This document shows positions 63,301 to 64,000 of a DNA stretch of 64,000 bases, piece by piece. The stretch lies in the NCBI GenBank assembly GCA_047967505.1, contig CM106538.1. One strand, 5' to 3'. The translations under genes and the position numbers were made by a program. The notes below the pieces were generated by a model. It made no database searches and was not told the DNA's origin. It was given only the letters and a program-made list of their open reading frames with translations. Position 1 is the stretch's first letter. Every line of letters starts with the position of its first letter. The stretch comes from Dipteris shenzhenensis (lineage: Eukaryota).

Positions 63301-64000
63301 CCAGTTATGGTTGGGTTAAAGAGAATCCAAAATGATGCTGCAAAGACATTCTTGCAAGACATGCAAGAAATGTTGTAGTTTGCCAAGGAGTCTATTAGAA
63401 CTGCCCAAGATCGGGACATATTTTATGCTAATAGACATCATTCACCTAGAGAGTTCTTTGAAGGAACGATGGTATATTTGCGTATTCCCAAGGAATCCAA
63501 GAGCCTAAGTACTAGTTTGGTTCCGAAGTTATCCCCCAGATACTGTGGTCCGTTCAAGGTTATTAAAAGAATTGGACTAGTTGCATATAAACTAGAATTG
63601 CCTCCTAATGTTAAAGTACATCCAATATTTCATGTCAATAGATTGAAAGAGTTACTAGGTGTGGATGATCAACTTGTTTCTCCTCAAGAAATAATAGAAG
63701 TTACATATTTGACTTTTATTCCACACGAACCTGAGAGTATTCTTGAATTTTGTAAAAGACAGATTCGTAATAGAACTATCACGGAATACAAGATCAAGTG
63801 AAAGGATCGTGTTGAGGGGGATGCAACATGGGAGACATTACAGAACCTCCAGAAGACATTCCTGGGCTTTTTAGCGAACTCAGGAGTGAGTTCTTAGAGG
63901 AGGGGAAGTATGTCATGTCCACGGATTGGTATCTGACGTGTACTGGGTACACAAGACTAGCTCAAGTAGCCTGGGGAGGCTTAGGGCTAGGCAAGCTTGA
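57388..64000 (+). mobile_element. Second Ty3/gypsy chromovirus, degenerate; 3' LTR runs off the window
   Basis: 5' LTR 57388-57918 (TG..CA); PBS 57921-57932; CFICEERGHTRNDC; LFDPGSS; FLDDIL; EADASDFAIG RNase H; HDAP.AGH and ISMDFI integrase; chromodomain EYKIK*K..GDATWE; PPT about 63896-63908; 3' LTR starts at 63911. Confidence 0.96.

Overview
Eukaryotic land-plant genomic DNA; TE-stuffed introns, chromoviruses and RTE-X-like LINEs suggest a large-genome plant such as a fern, but that is inference. The whole window appears to lie inside one minus-strand gene, a SIK1/MAP4K3-like STE20 (Hippo-type) Ser/Thr kinase. I reconstructed 15 consecutive GT-AG exons (55871 down to 11531) that splice in frame; the first and last exons are probably outside the window. 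Four large introns (>11.5, 18.1, 16.2 and 6.3 kb) and the region right of 55871 are filled with nested, mostly decayed retroelements. These include two sister Ty1/copia copies in inverted orientation, two Ty3/gypsy chromoviruses, at least two RTE/RTE-X-like LINE families, an ORF1-only L1-like element, solo or partial LTRs and many local duplications. The most interesting signals are a canonical PCNA-binding PIP box in the C-terminal tail of ORF2 in two LINE families, a HAL1-like ORF1-only element, a LINE family that repeatedly sits at (CT)n microsatellites, a gypsy leader segment upstream of a LINE ORF1, GTAC and W-box motif arrays in TE leaders/LTRs, and a short hairpin-rich repeat with a 22-bp flanking duplication. 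Most short ORFs in the supplied track are spurious. TE boundaries without TG..CA, PBS, tail or TSD evidence are approximate. All comparisons were done by eye.
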